A stretch of 58,589 nt of DNA from NCBI GenBank assembly GCA_040767805.1, contig JAXGNU010000009.1:1-58589 (forward strand), given 5' to 3'. Made by a program: the position numbers and the translations under genes. The DNA comes from Thermovirgaceae bacterium. Lineage in GTDB: Bacteria > Synergistota > Synergistia > Synergistales > Thermovirgaceae. The number at the start of each line of letters is the position of its first letter. Position 1 is the stretch's first letter. The notes beneath the pieces are model-generated. The model did not search any database, had not been told where the DNA came from, and was given only the letters and a program-made list of their open reading frames with translations. Positions 36,236 through 45,306 of the stretch are shown piece by piece.

Positions 36236-37486
36236 CTAAAGATTCCCAACGAGCCTGACGCAGATCCTGTCGCCGTCACGGCTGTCGTAATAGAGTTCCC
36301 AGGCCAGGTAGCCGCCGAAGCGCCACCCGACCCCGGCCACGGCGTCGCCGTCATCGTTCAGCCTGCCCCAGAGATAGACCCTTGGCAGGATCTCTTCGAA
36401 CCACACCCTGAACCAGATATCCTCCCCGGGATACGCCACCTCGGCGCCTACCCAGATGTCGGGCCAGGCCGGCCACCTTACACCCCACCGGCTCTCAACG
36501 TGCAGGTCGTTGGTCCTGGCCACCCATTCCCCGTAGAGCTCCAGGTTCCAGCCCTGGACGGGTGAGGTCATCCTGCCGAGGTGGACCCCTATCTCGGGGT
36601 GCCTCTCGTCGGAGCCCAGGCTGACCGCGGCCCAGGCCTGGAGGGTGTACCGGTCGCTCTCCACCCTAATGTCTACGGGGGCTATCCTCTCAGGGGTGAT
36701 ATCGACGGTGACCTCGCCCCTCACCTCCCGGGCCGCCCACTTCGTCTCGAGGGTCCCGGCCACCATCACCTCGATGGCGGCTTTGTGCCTGTCGACCCAC
36801 TCGCCGGGGAGGCCGATGAAGGGGGCGAGGGCCTCCAGGGCGTTGTCGGTTATCTCGGTCTGGAGGATCCTGGGGAGGGTTCGGGAACTGATCCTGGGCG
36901 AATAGGCGATTATCACCGGCGGGAGGGCGCTGAAACTTACGTGGGCTTCGATGCCGCCCTCCCTGCCCTGGACGAAGAGTATCGACGGGTACCAGCCGGG
37001 GACGGCCTCGGTCAGCATCCTCGACGCTTCCCTCTGGAAGGACTGCCCCGCCCAGGAGAGCGACTCCACCGGAAGAGGGGCGATTATCCCCTCGAGCCGG
37101 GCTGCTGTGTCCCCCAGGTCCTGCCGGAAAAGGGCATCCAGTTCCGGGACCAGCCCGGGGGGGTTGACACTGACTCTCCAACCACCCGAAGGCGGGGCCC
37201 CGGGGGAAAGGTCCACCCGCAACTCCTCACCCGAGAGGGTGATGTCTTCGATCTTGACGCCGGGGAAGATCCTTTCCGCCACGATGCGGAGGGTTTTCAA
37301 TCCCGAGGCGGGGTCCTTGGACCGGAGGACTTCCTCCCACACTGCCTCAAGGGGCCCGGAGATGGTAGGGCCGATCCATTCCGGGACCCCTCTCACTCGC
37401 ACGGACGCGTTTGCCGGTGCCGTTAAAAGCAGGGCCACGGCGAAGAAGCCGGCCGCGGCCCTGCAGAGGTACTGTTGGATTCTCAC
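36236..37486 (-). CDS. hypothetical exported protein, probable C-terminal outer-membrane beta-barrel
   Basis: 416 aa; signal peptide (..ALLLTAPANA|S); C-terminal third has alternating aromatic/hydrophobic strands (WNLELYGEW, WGVRW, YLWGRL, VGWRF, LAWELYYD); between bamA and lpxD. Confidence 0.7.
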   Translation of the reverse strand: MRIQQYLCRAAAGFFAVALLLTAPANASVRVRGVPEWIGPTISGPLEAVWEEVLRSKDPASGLKTLRIVAERIFPGVKIEDITLSGEELRVDLSPGAPPSGGWRVSVNPPGLVPELDALFRQDLGDTAARLEGIIAPLPVESLSWAGQSFQREASRMLTEAVPGWYPSILFVQGREGGIEAHVSFSALPPVIIAYSPRISSRTLPRILQTEITDNALEALAPFIGLPGEWVDRHKAAIEVMVAGTLETKWAAREVRGEVTVDITPERIAPVDIRVESDRYTLQAWAAVSLGSDERHPEIGVHLGRMTSPVQGWNLELYGEWVARTNDLHVESRWGVRWPAWPDIWVGAEVAYPGEDIWFRVWFEEILPRVYLWGRLNDDGDAVAGVGWRFGGYLAWELYYDSRDGDRICVRLVGNL

Positions 37487-37506
37487 CGGATGACCTCTTC
37501 CCCCGT

Positions 37507-39252
37507 TTAGAACATTTCCCCGAAGCCGAAATGGGTCCTGTTCTCGTCTTCCCCGTAGGCGAAATCCACCCTCAAGTTCCCCATGGGAGTCTTGACCCTG
37601 ACACCGATGCCGTACCCGCTCTTCAGGTTGGAGAAGGCCGATTCGTCGCTCGCCATCCCGATATCATAGAAGGCCACGACGGAAAAAGCTTCCTGGATCG
37701 GGACACGGAGCTCGAAGTTACCGAGGGCCATCTCGCCCCCCTTGAAATAATCATCCCGGTAACCCCTGAGCGTCCTCGCCCCCCCTACGAAAAACTGTTC
37801 CGCGTAGGGCAGTTCCCCCGAGGAATAGCCAACCCTGATACGGGAGGCGAATATGACGGGGTTATCCTCGGTGCCGATCTCCCGGTCCAGGAGGTCCTGG
37901 AAAAAGGCGTGAAGCGGCAGGTAGTACCTCCACTCCACCCAGTACTTCATATAGTTCATGTCCTCTATCGTCGGGTCGGCCGATTCGAACATGCCGTACT
38001 CCACGCTCAGGCTCTGGACCTGCCCCTTGGGGTAACTGAGGTAGGGGTCGAGCAGGTTCCTCGTCAAGGTGCCCGTGACGGAATAATTGGTCCCCGAAAG
38101 ACCCTTCTTGGGAGGGAAATCCCTGCCGGGTTCCTTGCGGACGTTGTAGAACTCCACTTCGTGGTAATCGGCCCTCAGGAACCAGCTAAGCGTCGGGTTG
38201 TGCCGAAACTTCTTCCCGATTCCGGCGTAAATGCCTTGTTTGTCCTGATCGTAGGTGACATTGAGGGTGTTATCGATGGGGTCGTAGTCTACGAGGTCCA
38301 CCCATTCATAGCTATACAGCCCCGCTTCCCAGGCATAGGTGTACTCGTCCATGTAGGGTGCCCGGTACTGGAGCCAGTACTGCTGCCGGTCACCCATTTC
38401 AAAACCTATCCCAACGATGTGGCCGAGGCCGCGGTAGTTGAGCTCCTCCCAGGCCGCCCCCCCTGACCACCCCGACTCGGAGCCGTGTCCCACGCTCAGG
38501 GAGATCCTGGAGGATTTCCCCTCCTCGACGGTGAGGACGATGTTGACGATCTCGGGGTCCGGCGTGGGCTCAAACCCAACCCTTACATCCTCGAGGAATC
38601 CGAGCTGGTTGATCTTTTTTATGGAGTGGCGGAGGATATTCGCGTTGAAGAGGTCCCCCGTCTTGAGGTTGAATTCCCTTTCTATCACGTGGGCCTTGGT
38701 CTTCTTGTTGCCCTGGATGACCACCTCGCCCACCTTCGGTTCCAGGATCCTCACGTCGATGACCCCGTCATGGATGCCCACATCCTGGACCTGGACGAAA
38801 ACGTAGCCGGCCTTCTCGTACTTCTCGCCAATCCTCTGGAGGTCATGCCTGAAGAAGACCCTGTTGAAGACTGTCCCGGGGCGGGTGAAGACGACCTCCA
38901 TGAGTTGGTCCGCGGTGAAGACCGTGTTGCCGGTGAAGGTGATGTCCCGGACGGTCGGGTTCTCCTGGACCTTGAACTCGACGAAGACGCCGCCGAACTG
39001 TTCGACCACATTGACGTCGACAAAGGAAAAGAAGCCCAAACCGTATATCGCGTCAATGTCCTGTTGAACCTGTTCGGGGTTGAAATGGTCCCCGGCCTTA
39101 GTTCCGATGACACCGAGGATATGTTCGGATACTACTTCCTGGTTCCCGGTGACGTCGACACCGACGACAACCGGCTGAACGGCCGAAGAAGCAGCACCGG
39201 CCGCCAAAAGGAGAAACGCGACGGCAAAAGCCGCGGACCATGCCCGTTTCAA
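37507..39252 (-). CDS. bamA: Omp85/BamA outer-membrane protein assembly factor (about 3 POTRA domains)
   Basis: signal peptide, POTRA motifs (DIDAIYGLGFF..VQENP; IQGNKKTKAHVIERE), FFVGGARTLRGY, GIGVRVKTPMGNLRVDFAY, C-terminal F. Confidence 0.93.
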   Translation of the reverse strand: MKRAWSAAFAVAFLLLAAGAASSAVQPVVVGVDVTGNQEVVSEHILGVIGTKAGDHFNPEQVQQDIDAIYGLGFFSFVDVNVVEQFGGVFVEFKVQENPTVRDITFTGNTVFTADQLMEVVFTRPGTVFNRVFFRHDLQRIGEKYEKAGYVFVQVQDVGIHDGVIDVRILEPKVGEVVIQGNKKTKAHVIEREFNLKTGDLFNANILRHSIKKINQLGFLEDVRVGFEPTPDPEIVNIVLTVEEGKSSRISLSVGHGSESGWSGGAAWEELNYRGLGHIVGIGFEMGDRQQYWLQYRAPYMDEYTYAWEAGLYSYEWVDLVDYDPIDNTLNVTYDQDKQGIYAGIGKKFRHNPTLSWFLRADYHEVEFYNVRKEPGRDFPPKKGLSGTNYSVTGTLTRNLLDPYLSYPKGQVQSLSVEYGMFESADPTIEDMNYMKYWVEWRYYLPLHAFFQDLLDREIGTEDNPVIFASRIRVGYSSGELPYAEQFFVGGARTLRGYRDDYFKGGEMALGNFELRVPIQEAFSVVAFYDIGMASDESAFSNLKSGYGIGVRVKTPMGNLRVDFAYGEDENRTHFGFGEMF

Positions 39253-39349
39253 TCGAACAGCACCCCTTTCCCTGGACTGGAAGCACCCGGCGAGCCGGGG
39301 TCACCCGGGGTGTCCCTCCGGATGACTCATACCTTGGGATTATAAACTA

Positions 39350-39946
39350 TTACTCGGGACTTTGGATAATTATTCCTTCACCTCTCAGGGCTCTCTGCCC
39401 TATCTCGATGAGAGTCAGGATCTCGTCGAGGGTCCCGGCGGGCGCAGCTTGCTCTTCCCGAGCGATCCGGGGAGCGGCCCCGGAGGGTTGAGGCATCGGC
39501 ATGGGGGCCGCGGGCGCCTCCTCGACGGGGTAGTCCTGGTTCAAGGTCTCCCTGGCCAGGTTCATTTCGCTCAAGCTGGTCCTCAAGGCTGAGAGGACGC
39601 TCTGCTCATCGACGGTGACCCACTCAAGGCGCAACTGCCTGGTATCCGCTACCCCCACGGGGGCATATCCCCCCGTGGATATCGGTATGGCCGCCACCAT
39701 GATGACCAGGAAAGCCATGGCGATGGAGAGAAAGGAGAGCCCTACGAAGCGCCCGGCGCGGCTGGGTTCCCCCACCCCCGATGCCCTCCGCCATATCTCG
39801 TCGCTGGCCGACTCGAGTTCAGCCCTGGCGCACTCCACTTCCGCGAGGGCCGAGTCCCACCTTTCACTCCGGCACGCGGCGATGCACCTTTCAATCCAGC
39901 GTTGCACCCGCTTAAGGTTCTTCTCCATTTCCTGACCGGCCTCCAA
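39350..39946 (-). CDS. hypothetical single-pass membrane protein
   Basis: 198 aa; charged helical N-terminus, one TM (FVGLSFLSIAMAFLVIMVAAIPI), Pro/Ala-rich C-terminal part. Confidence 0.7.
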   Translation of the reverse strand: MEAGQEMEKNLKRVQRWIERCIAACRSERWDSALAEVECARAELESASDEIWRRASGVGEPSRAGRFVGLSFLSIAMAFLVIMVAAIPISTGGYAPVGVADTRQLRLEWVTVDEQSVLSALRTSLSEMNLARETLNQDYPVEEAPAAPMPMPQPSGAAPRIAREEQAAPAGTLDEILTLIEIGQRALRGEGIIIQSPE

Positions 39947-40020
39947 CAGGAGTATTTGCCGACACCCCGAAAAGGGGCCTTGCCCCCAAAAGGGACCGCG
40001 CCCCTTCTATTATCCCAATA

Positions 40021-40614
40021 TCACGGTCGGTCCGTGGCATCACCCAGTTCCAGCCAGGTCCTGAGCTTAGCCAGGGCCCGGCGCTGGATCCTGTAGACGT
40101 TGCTGACGTCCATCCCGGCGCTTTCGGCGTAATCCCTTGCCTTGAGTCCTTCGACAACAAGGGCCCTGACGATGTCACCCTCGCGCTCGGAGAGCGCCTT
40201 GATGCCGTCTGCGAGGCAGATCTTCCAGTCCAGTGAGTCCGCGTCGAAGGGGTCGGGTACCTGGATCTCGGCGTCGTCGACAGGGGAGGGGGCTTTTGCC
40301 TCGACGCGCTGGAGAAAGTTAGTCATCTGGCCCTTAATCCTGTAGAAGCCGTAGGTGACGAAACGGATGTTCCTGTCGGGTTCGAAGCGGTCAACGGCTT
40401 TGATCAGGGCCACCATGCCCTCCTGGACGAGGTCCTGGTAGCGTTGGGGGGCTACGCGGTATTTTCGGGCGATCCAGAAGACCAGGGGGCGATAGGAAAG
40501 AATGAGCCTCTCGCGGGCCTCTTCATCGCCCTCGCCGCAAAGGGACCATAGCCGGGCTTCTTCTTCCCGGGACAGGGGTTCCTTTTCCGGATGATCCTGG
40601 TCTCCGTCGTTCAT
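40021..40614 (-). CDS. sigma-70 family alternative RNA polymerase sigma factor
   Basis: PLSREEE..GDEEARERLILSYRPLV, DLVQEGMVALIKAVDRFEPDRNIRFVTY (region 2); LSEREGDIV..SNVYRIQRRALAKLR (region 4). Confidence 0.92.
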   Translation of the reverse strand: MNDGDQDHPEKEPLSREEEARLWSLCGEGDEEARERLILSYRPLVFWIARKYRVAPQRYQDLVQEGMVALIKAVDRFEPDRNIRFVTYGFYRIKGQMTNFLQRVEAKAPSPVDDAEIQVPDPFDADSLDWKICLADGIKALSEREGDIVRALVVEGLKARDYAESAGMDVSNVYRIQRRALAKLRTWLELGDATDRP

Positions 40615-40674
40615 GATGAGGACCTCCCCGGTTCTGCTGGACCCTTTATACCACGACAGGGAGGTGTTTGACCA

Positions 40675-41331
40675 CTACAGCAACGGGAGGCTGCCGGCGA
40701 GTTCCGGGGTGACGTGGATGTGAAGGGTATCGTTCACGTAGCGGAGCGTGGTCCTGTCGGGCGCCAGGTCGACGGCGGTGATAGAGCAATTGTCCGTTCG
40801 AAACCTCCAGGCCGACACAGGGGGGATGCCCATCAACACCGACAGGAAGGCTCGGATCGTCCCCCCGTGGCAGACCACGAGAAGGTTGTCTCCTTCTTCA
40901 GAAAGGACCTCACTCAACACCCGGCCGACCCTGGCGATGAGGTCGGGGAAGGATTCACCCCCGGGCGGGGTCGTGGAGGACGGGTCCCTGCTCCACGCGG
41001 AGAACAGTTCGGGGTGCCGTTCACGTATCTCGCCTATCCTGAGACCTTCCCACTGGCCGAAGGACATCTCCGAAAGGCCGTCAACGGCGGTCGCTTCCTC
41101 CACGTCCTCCTTCAGGCGGACGATGGCGGAGGCGGTCTGGTGGGCCCTCAAGAGGGGACTGGTATAGACCTTGTCCAGGGGAACCCTGGCCAGCCGTTGG
41201 GCCAGGAGGGCGGCCTGGGTCAGTCCTCTCTCACTCAGGGGGACATCGGTCCTGCCCTGGAAGCGGAAGGCGCTGTTCCATTCCGTCTCTCCATGCCTTA
41301 CAAGCAGGATCCTGCGTTTTCGCGTTTCCAT
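40675..41331 (-). CDS. histidine phosphatase family protein (CobC/GpmB-like)
   Basis: LVRHGETEWN..FQGRTDVPL, TSPLLRA, EMSFGQWEG, VCHGGTIR. Confidence 0.92.
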   Translation of the reverse strand: METRKRRILLVRHGETEWNSAFRFQGRTDVPLSERGLTQAALLAQRLARVPLDKVYTSPLLRAHQTASAIVRLKEDVEEATAVDGLSEMSFGQWEGLRIGEIRERHPELFSAWSRDPSSTTPPGGESFPDLIARVGRVLSEVLSEEGDNLLVVCHGGTIRAFLSVLMGIPPVSAWRFRTDNCSITAVDLAPDRTTLRYVNDTLHIHVTPELAGSLPLL

Positions 41332-41366
41332 CGAGTACCTCCGGTCTTCGTCCTTTAAGCTTTAAG

Positions 41367-41390
41367 AAAAAAGCCACCCGCGGGGGTGGC
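41367..41390 (-). terminator. rho-independent terminator after the tRNA operon
   Basis: Minus strand GCCACCC-CCGC-GGGTGGC followed by TTTTTT. Confidence 0.85.
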
Positions 41391-41402
41391 CTCGATGAGC
41401 CT

Positions 41403-41478
41403 TGGAGCCGGCGGGCGGACTTGAACCGCCGACCTGCGCATTACGAGTGCGCTGCTCTGCCAACTGAGCTACGCCGGC
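41403..41478 (-). tRNA. tRNA-Thr(CGT)
   Basis: GCCGGCGTAGCTCAGTTGGCAGAGCAGCGCACT-CGT-AATGCGCAGGTCGGCGGTTCAAGTCCGCCCGCCGGCTCCA; 76 nt, encoded CCA. Confidence 0.97.
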
Positions 41479-41485
41479 ATGTTTT

Positions 41486-41561
41486 TGGCGGTCCCAACGG
41501 GATTCGAACCCGTGCCGCAGCCTTGAAAGGGCTGTGTCCTAGGCCACTAGACGATGGGACC
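41486..41561 (-). tRNA. tRNA-Glu(TTC)
   Basis: GGTCCCATCGTCTAGTGGCCTAGGACACAGCCCT-TTC-AAGGCTGCGGCACGGGTTCGAATCCCGTTGGGACCGCCA. Confidence 0.97.
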
Positions 41562-41574
41562 GCGAAACCTGACG

Positions 41575-41650
41575 TGGTGGGCCGTACAGGGATCGAACCT
41601 GTGACACCCGGATTAAAAGTCCGGTGCTCTTCCAACTGAGCTAACGGCCC
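41575..41650 (-). tRNA. tRNA-Lys(TTT)
   Basis: GGGCCGTTAGCTCAGTTGGAAGAGCACCGGACT-TTT-AATCCGGGTGTCACAGGTTCGATCCCTGTACGGCCCACCA. Confidence 0.97.
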
Positions 41651-41667
41651 ATATCCAGCGCTGAAAA

Positions 41668-41696
41668 ACTATACAGTGCCCATGTAGCCGTGTCAA
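41668..41696 (-). promoter_or_regulatory. sigma70 promoter of the tRNA operon
   Basis: TTGACA-17 bp-TATAGT on minus strand, 17 nt upstream of tRNA-Lys. Confidence 0.85.
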
Positions 41697-41752
41697 GGAC
41701 GCTGGCCCGGCTGGTGTGGCCGGACAGCGTGGGGTGGCCTGCCGCCATGCTC

Positions 41753-41805
41753 TACGATTCACGATTTACGATTCACGACTCACGGCCCTTACGATTTACG
41801 GCCCT
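41753..41805. repeat. short tandem heptamer repeats (YACGATT / YACGGCC)
   Basis: TACGATT CACGATT TACGATT CACGACT CACGGCC CT TACGATT TACGGCC CT immediately after argH stop. Confidence 0.85.
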
Positions 41806-43214
41806 CAAAGCACAAACCGCGCCGGGTAGGCGGCGAGTTTTTTCCGGAATACCTCGAGCGTCTCAAGCCCCCGCTCTATCTGGAGCGCTACCTGCTTGAA
41901 GGAGGTCCCCCCCTGGGTGTTCCTCCTGGATACGGAACTCTCGATGTTCAGGATCGGCACCAGGTCATCGCCGCTGGAAGGGATGAGTTCCTTCCACTCC
42001 TCCCGGGTCAGGCTCAGGAGGGTCCTCTTCCTGTCGAGGCACCACCGGACCGCTTCGCCCACCTGTTCGTGGGCGGTCCTGAAGGGGACCCCCTTCATGA
42101 CCAGGTACTCGGCCACGTCCGTCGCCAGGGTGAAGCCGTCCGAAAAGGCCTCCGCGGCCCTCTCGGCGTCGATCTCGACGCGGGCGATGAGCTGGGGAAG
42201 CACGTCGAGGACATCCTTGACGATCTGGGTCGACGACCACAGGGCCCGCTTGTCCTCCTGCATGTCCCTGTTGTAGGCCAGGGGTAGCCCCTTGATGATG
42301 GTAAGGAGGTCCACCAGGTCGCCGATGACCCGCCCCGTGCGTCCCCTCACCAGTTCAAGGACGTCGGGGTTCTTCTTCTGGGGCATCATGCTGGAACCGG
42401 TGCAGAAGGCGTCGGGAAGGACGATCCACCCGAATTCGCGGCTGTTGTAGATCACCAGGTCCTCGGCCATCCGGCTCGCGTGGACCATCAGGACCGTCAT
42501 GGCGTACTGGCAGTCCAGGAGGTGGTCCCTGTGCGCCACCGAGTCCATGCTGTTGTCGCTGGTCCTGTCGAAGCCCAGCATGACCGTGGTGAACCCGCGG
42601 TCCAGGGGAAGGGTGGAGCCCGCCAGGGCGCCGCTCCCGAGGGGGCACTCGTTGACCGACTCCAGGGCGAAGAGCACCCTGCGGAAGTCCCTGGCAAGGG
42701 CCCAGAAATGGGCCAGCCAGTAATGCCCCATGCTGATCGGCTGGGCCTGCTGGAGGTGGGTGTAGCCCGGCACGATGATGTGCCTGTGGGCCGTGGCCCT
42801 GTCGAGCAGGGCGTCCATCAGCGTTATGAGGCCGTCTCCTACGGAGTACATCTCCTTTCTCAGGTAGAGCCTGACGGAGGTGGCGGACTGGTCGTTGCGG
42901 CTCCGCCCCGAGTGCAGTTTCGCCCCCAGGGGCCCGATCAGTTCGGTGAGCCTCGCCTCGATGTTCATGTGGACGTCTTCCATCGACTCGAGCGGCTTGA
43001 GGCTGCCCTCCTGGATCTCGCGGAGGACCTCCCTCAGCCCGTCCTCGATCACCGCGGCTTCGCGCTGTTCGAGCAACCCCACGTGTTCGAGCATCCGTAC
43101 GTGGGCGATGCTCCCGTAGATATCGTAGGGGGCCAGCCGCCAGTCCAGGTCCAGCGACTGGGAAAAGTGCTGGACCATCTCCTCCGTATCTTCCCTGAAC
43201 CGTCCGTGCCACAT
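41805..43214 (-). CDS. argH: argininosuccinate lyase
   Basis: MWHGRF, EDVHMNIE, GRSRNDQ, PGYTHLQQAQP, GSSMMPQKKNPD, AYNRDMQEDK. Confidence 0.98.
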   Translation of the reverse strand: MWHGRFREDTEEMVQHFSQSLDLDWRLAPYDIYGSIAHVRMLEHVGLLEQREAAVIEDGLREVLREIQEGSLKPLESMEDVHMNIEARLTELIGPLGAKLHSGRSRNDQSATSVRLYLRKEMYSVGDGLITLMDALLDRATAHRHIIVPGYTHLQQAQPISMGHYWLAHFWALARDFRRVLFALESVNECPLGSGALAGSTLPLDRGFTTVMLGFDRTSDNSMDSVAHRDHLLDCQYAMTVLMVHASRMAEDLVIYNSREFGWIVLPDAFCTGSSMMPQKKNPDVLELVRGRTGRVIGDLVDLLTIIKGLPLAYNRDMQEDKRALWSSTQIVKDVLDVLPQLIARVEIDAERAAEAFSDGFTLATDVAEYLVMKGVPFRTAHEQVGEAVRWCLDRKRTLLSLTREEWKELIPSSGDDLVPILNIESSVSRRNTQGGTSFKQVALQIERGLETLEVFRKKLAAYPARFVL

Positions 43215-43220
43215 GAAAAT

Positions 43221-44144
43221 CTACCTCCCGGTCCCTCGCGGCATCATCGCCGATGAAGCGTAAAAGCCCCTCCCGGCCGCCGCCTCCCGGCAAAGCGCCC
43301 ATAAAAGGTCCGTCTCGCTATGGGTGTACTCCGAGGCCCCGGCGAGTCCGAGGAAGGCCCTGATCACCGAAAGCCCCGCCACGATGATGTCGGCCCTCCC
43401 CATCTCGAGGCCGGTGATGGAGGACCGTTCCTCAAGGGGAGTCGTCAGAACCCTGGCGATCAGCCTCTCCAGTTCTTCGCTTTTCATGGGCCGCCCATGG
43501 AGCCGCGAGGGGGCGTATTCCGTCACGGGGATCGCTTCCATCATCATCGCCGCCGATGAGGAGGTCCCCCCCACCCCAACAAGCTTCCCCGGAGGACCTT
43601 CCAGGCTGTCCCCGACGGCGCGCCGCGTTTCTTCCATCACCGCTGCCGGGTCCTCGCCGAAAAGGGCGGTCATCCTGACGGCGCCCAGGGGAAAGGTAAA
43701 GGTCTGATCGGCGGTCCCCACATCGAGGCTGCCGCCGCCGAGGTCGAAGACCATCCCCGCCCCGGGGATCCCCAGCGACGCCCCCTTCCACGCGAGCCGG
43801 GCCTCGTCGGCGGGGTCCAACACCTCCAGGTGGAGCCCCGTCAGCTCCTCCATGGCCCTTATTATTTTGTCCCTGTTCGTCGCGCTCCTCAGACTCTCGG
43901 TGGCGCGGAAGGCGACGTGACCCAGGGGGACCCCCGACCTTCCCAGGAGCAGCAGCGCCTCGCCGACAGCATCCAGGGTCCTGCCCAGGGGCTTGTCACC
44001 GACCGATACGGCCCCTCCGCCGATGCCCTCGGTCAGCCTCGTTATCCAGGCCCCCGAGTCGATGTACTCGAGCACCCCCCCGCGAACCCTGACCGCCAGG
44101 CACCGGACGGAGTTGGAACCCAGGTCGATCGCGCCGAACCTCAT
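43221..44144 (-). CDS. ppx: Ppx/GppA family phosphatase
   Basis: GAIDLGSNSVR, ATESLRSA, DLGGGS, PLGAVR, GVGGT, RADIIVAG; start ATG 44144. Confidence 0.85.
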   Translation of the reverse strand: MRFGAIDLGSNSVRCLAVRVRGGVLEYIDSGAWITRLTEGIGGGAVSVGDKPLGRTLDAVGEALLLLGRSGVPLGHVAFRATESLRSATNRDKIIRAMEELTGLHLEVLDPADEARLAWKGASLGIPGAGMVFDLGGGSLDVGTADQTFTFPLGAVRMTALFGEDPAAVMEETRRAVGDSLEGPPGKLVGVGGTSSSAAMMMEAIPVTEYAPSRLHGRPMKSEELERLIARVLTTPLEERSSITGLEMGRADIIVAGLSVIRAFLGLAGASEYTHSETDLLWALCREAAAGRGFYASSAMMPRGTGR

Positions 44145-44710
44145 GGCGCCCCACAGGGCCAGGCCGAAGGGTCGCCGCATTCGACCTCACCCAGCATCTC
44201 TCGGAGCCGGCCCTCGCCGGGGTGCCACCCGAACCCGATCATGGAGGCCGCCTGGAGGTGAAGGCATTTCACCGAGACGCCCCCCCCGATCCTTATACCC
44301 CCCACTCCCGTGGCGGCGAAGGACTTCCAGGCGGATGGGTCCTCCCACATTATATTCCGTGTCCTCTCCGGCCCGAGGAGAAAAACCCTGAAAAGCAGGT
44401 ATTCCAGGTTGAAGACCCTCCAACCCTCGGGATTTTCCCTCTCTATGTGGCGGCCCAGGGACCTCACCCCCCCGGCTGACTCCAGTTCATCGGCCCTGAG
44501 AGAGAGGTGAGGACAGGTCAGCCAGAAGACCGTCGGGAAGGGTCGCCCCTTCTTTAGGGGGTCGCAAAGGGTCACCTGGGGGAAGCCGTGCCTGCATCTT
44601 CGCGAAACGCCCCGCACCAGGCCCGCGTCGAAACGCCTCGAACCGGCCTGCCTCTTCACGGCCTCGATGTCGCCGGGGAAGATGGGCTCAAAAAAAACAG
44701 GGGGCAACAT
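44141..44710 (-). CDS. DUF501 family protein
   Basis: RCRHGFPQV, PFPTVFWLTCP, LESAGG, GVGG, VKCLH. Confidence 0.88.
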   Translation of the reverse strand: MLPPVFFEPIFPGDIEAVKRQAGSRRFDAGLVRGVSRRCRHGFPQVTLCDPLKKGRPFPTVFWLTCPHLSLRADELESAGGVRSLGRHIERENPEGWRVFNLEYLLFRVFLLGPERTRNIMWEDPSAWKSFAATGVGGIRIGGGVSVKCLHLQAASMIGFGWHPGEGRLREMLGEVECGDPSAWPCGAP

Positions 44711-44742
44711 GCCCCCCGCGGCAGGCGCTTCCAGCCACCGCC

Positions 44743-45141
44743 CTATTTCTTTCCCCGCGGTTTCCCCCCGGACCCTTCCTTGCTCTTCTTGTTCAGATCG
44801 GATAATTTCTGATCGCTCGCCTTCAGGAAGGAGGCCAGTTTCTTCTCGAAATCATCCCCCGCGGCCGACGGGGCGCCCCTCTGCTGCCTCGGGCGCTCGG
44901 GCCGGGCCTGGAGTTGCTTCAGGGAGAGATCAATGCGGCCCCTTTCGTCGATCTTCAAGACCTTGGCCCTTACCTCCTGCTGGACCCGGAGGACATCCTC
45001 CACCTTCTTGACGTACTCGTGGGCCAGTTCCGAGATATGGATCATCGCTTTCTGCCCCGTCGAAAGCCTGACAAAGGCCCCGTATGGCAGGATCTGTTCC
45101 ACTGTACCCGTGACGATATCCCCGACCTTGACCTCCGTCAT
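44743..45141 (-). CDS. S1 RNA-binding domain protein (YabR/YugI-like)
   Basis: VGDIVTGTVEQILPYGAFV..MIHISELAHEYVK..GRIDLSLKQ..DFEKKLASFLKASD. Confidence 0.92.
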   Translation of the reverse strand: MTEVKVGDIVTGTVEQILPYGAFVRLSTGQKAMIHISELAHEYVKKVEDVLRVQQEVRAKVLKIDERGRIDLSLKQLQARPERPRQQRGAPSAAGDDFEKKLASFLKASDQKLSDLNKKSKEGSGGKPRGKK

Positions 45142-45306
45142 CTGGGAACCTTTCTCATGGGTCATCAACCGGTATTCCCCTCCGTAAGATTTGAAAAAAT
45201 GATCTATGGATACACCGGCCCCGTCGGGCCCGGTCCGCGACGTCAAGTATATCATTTCCGACGCCGCGATACGCAACCCCGGTCAGCGGTGTCGGGGACC
45301 ATCCCG

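Noticed and set aside
41421..41639. Short ORFs of 72 and 64 aa
   Set aside because: They overlap three tRNA genes.
41403..41650. tRNA genes as an island integration site
   Set aside because: No duplicated tRNA 3' end or adjacent integrase found in the window.
41753..41805. Possible mini-CRISPR array
   Set aside because: Units are 7 nt with no spacers and there are no cas genes.
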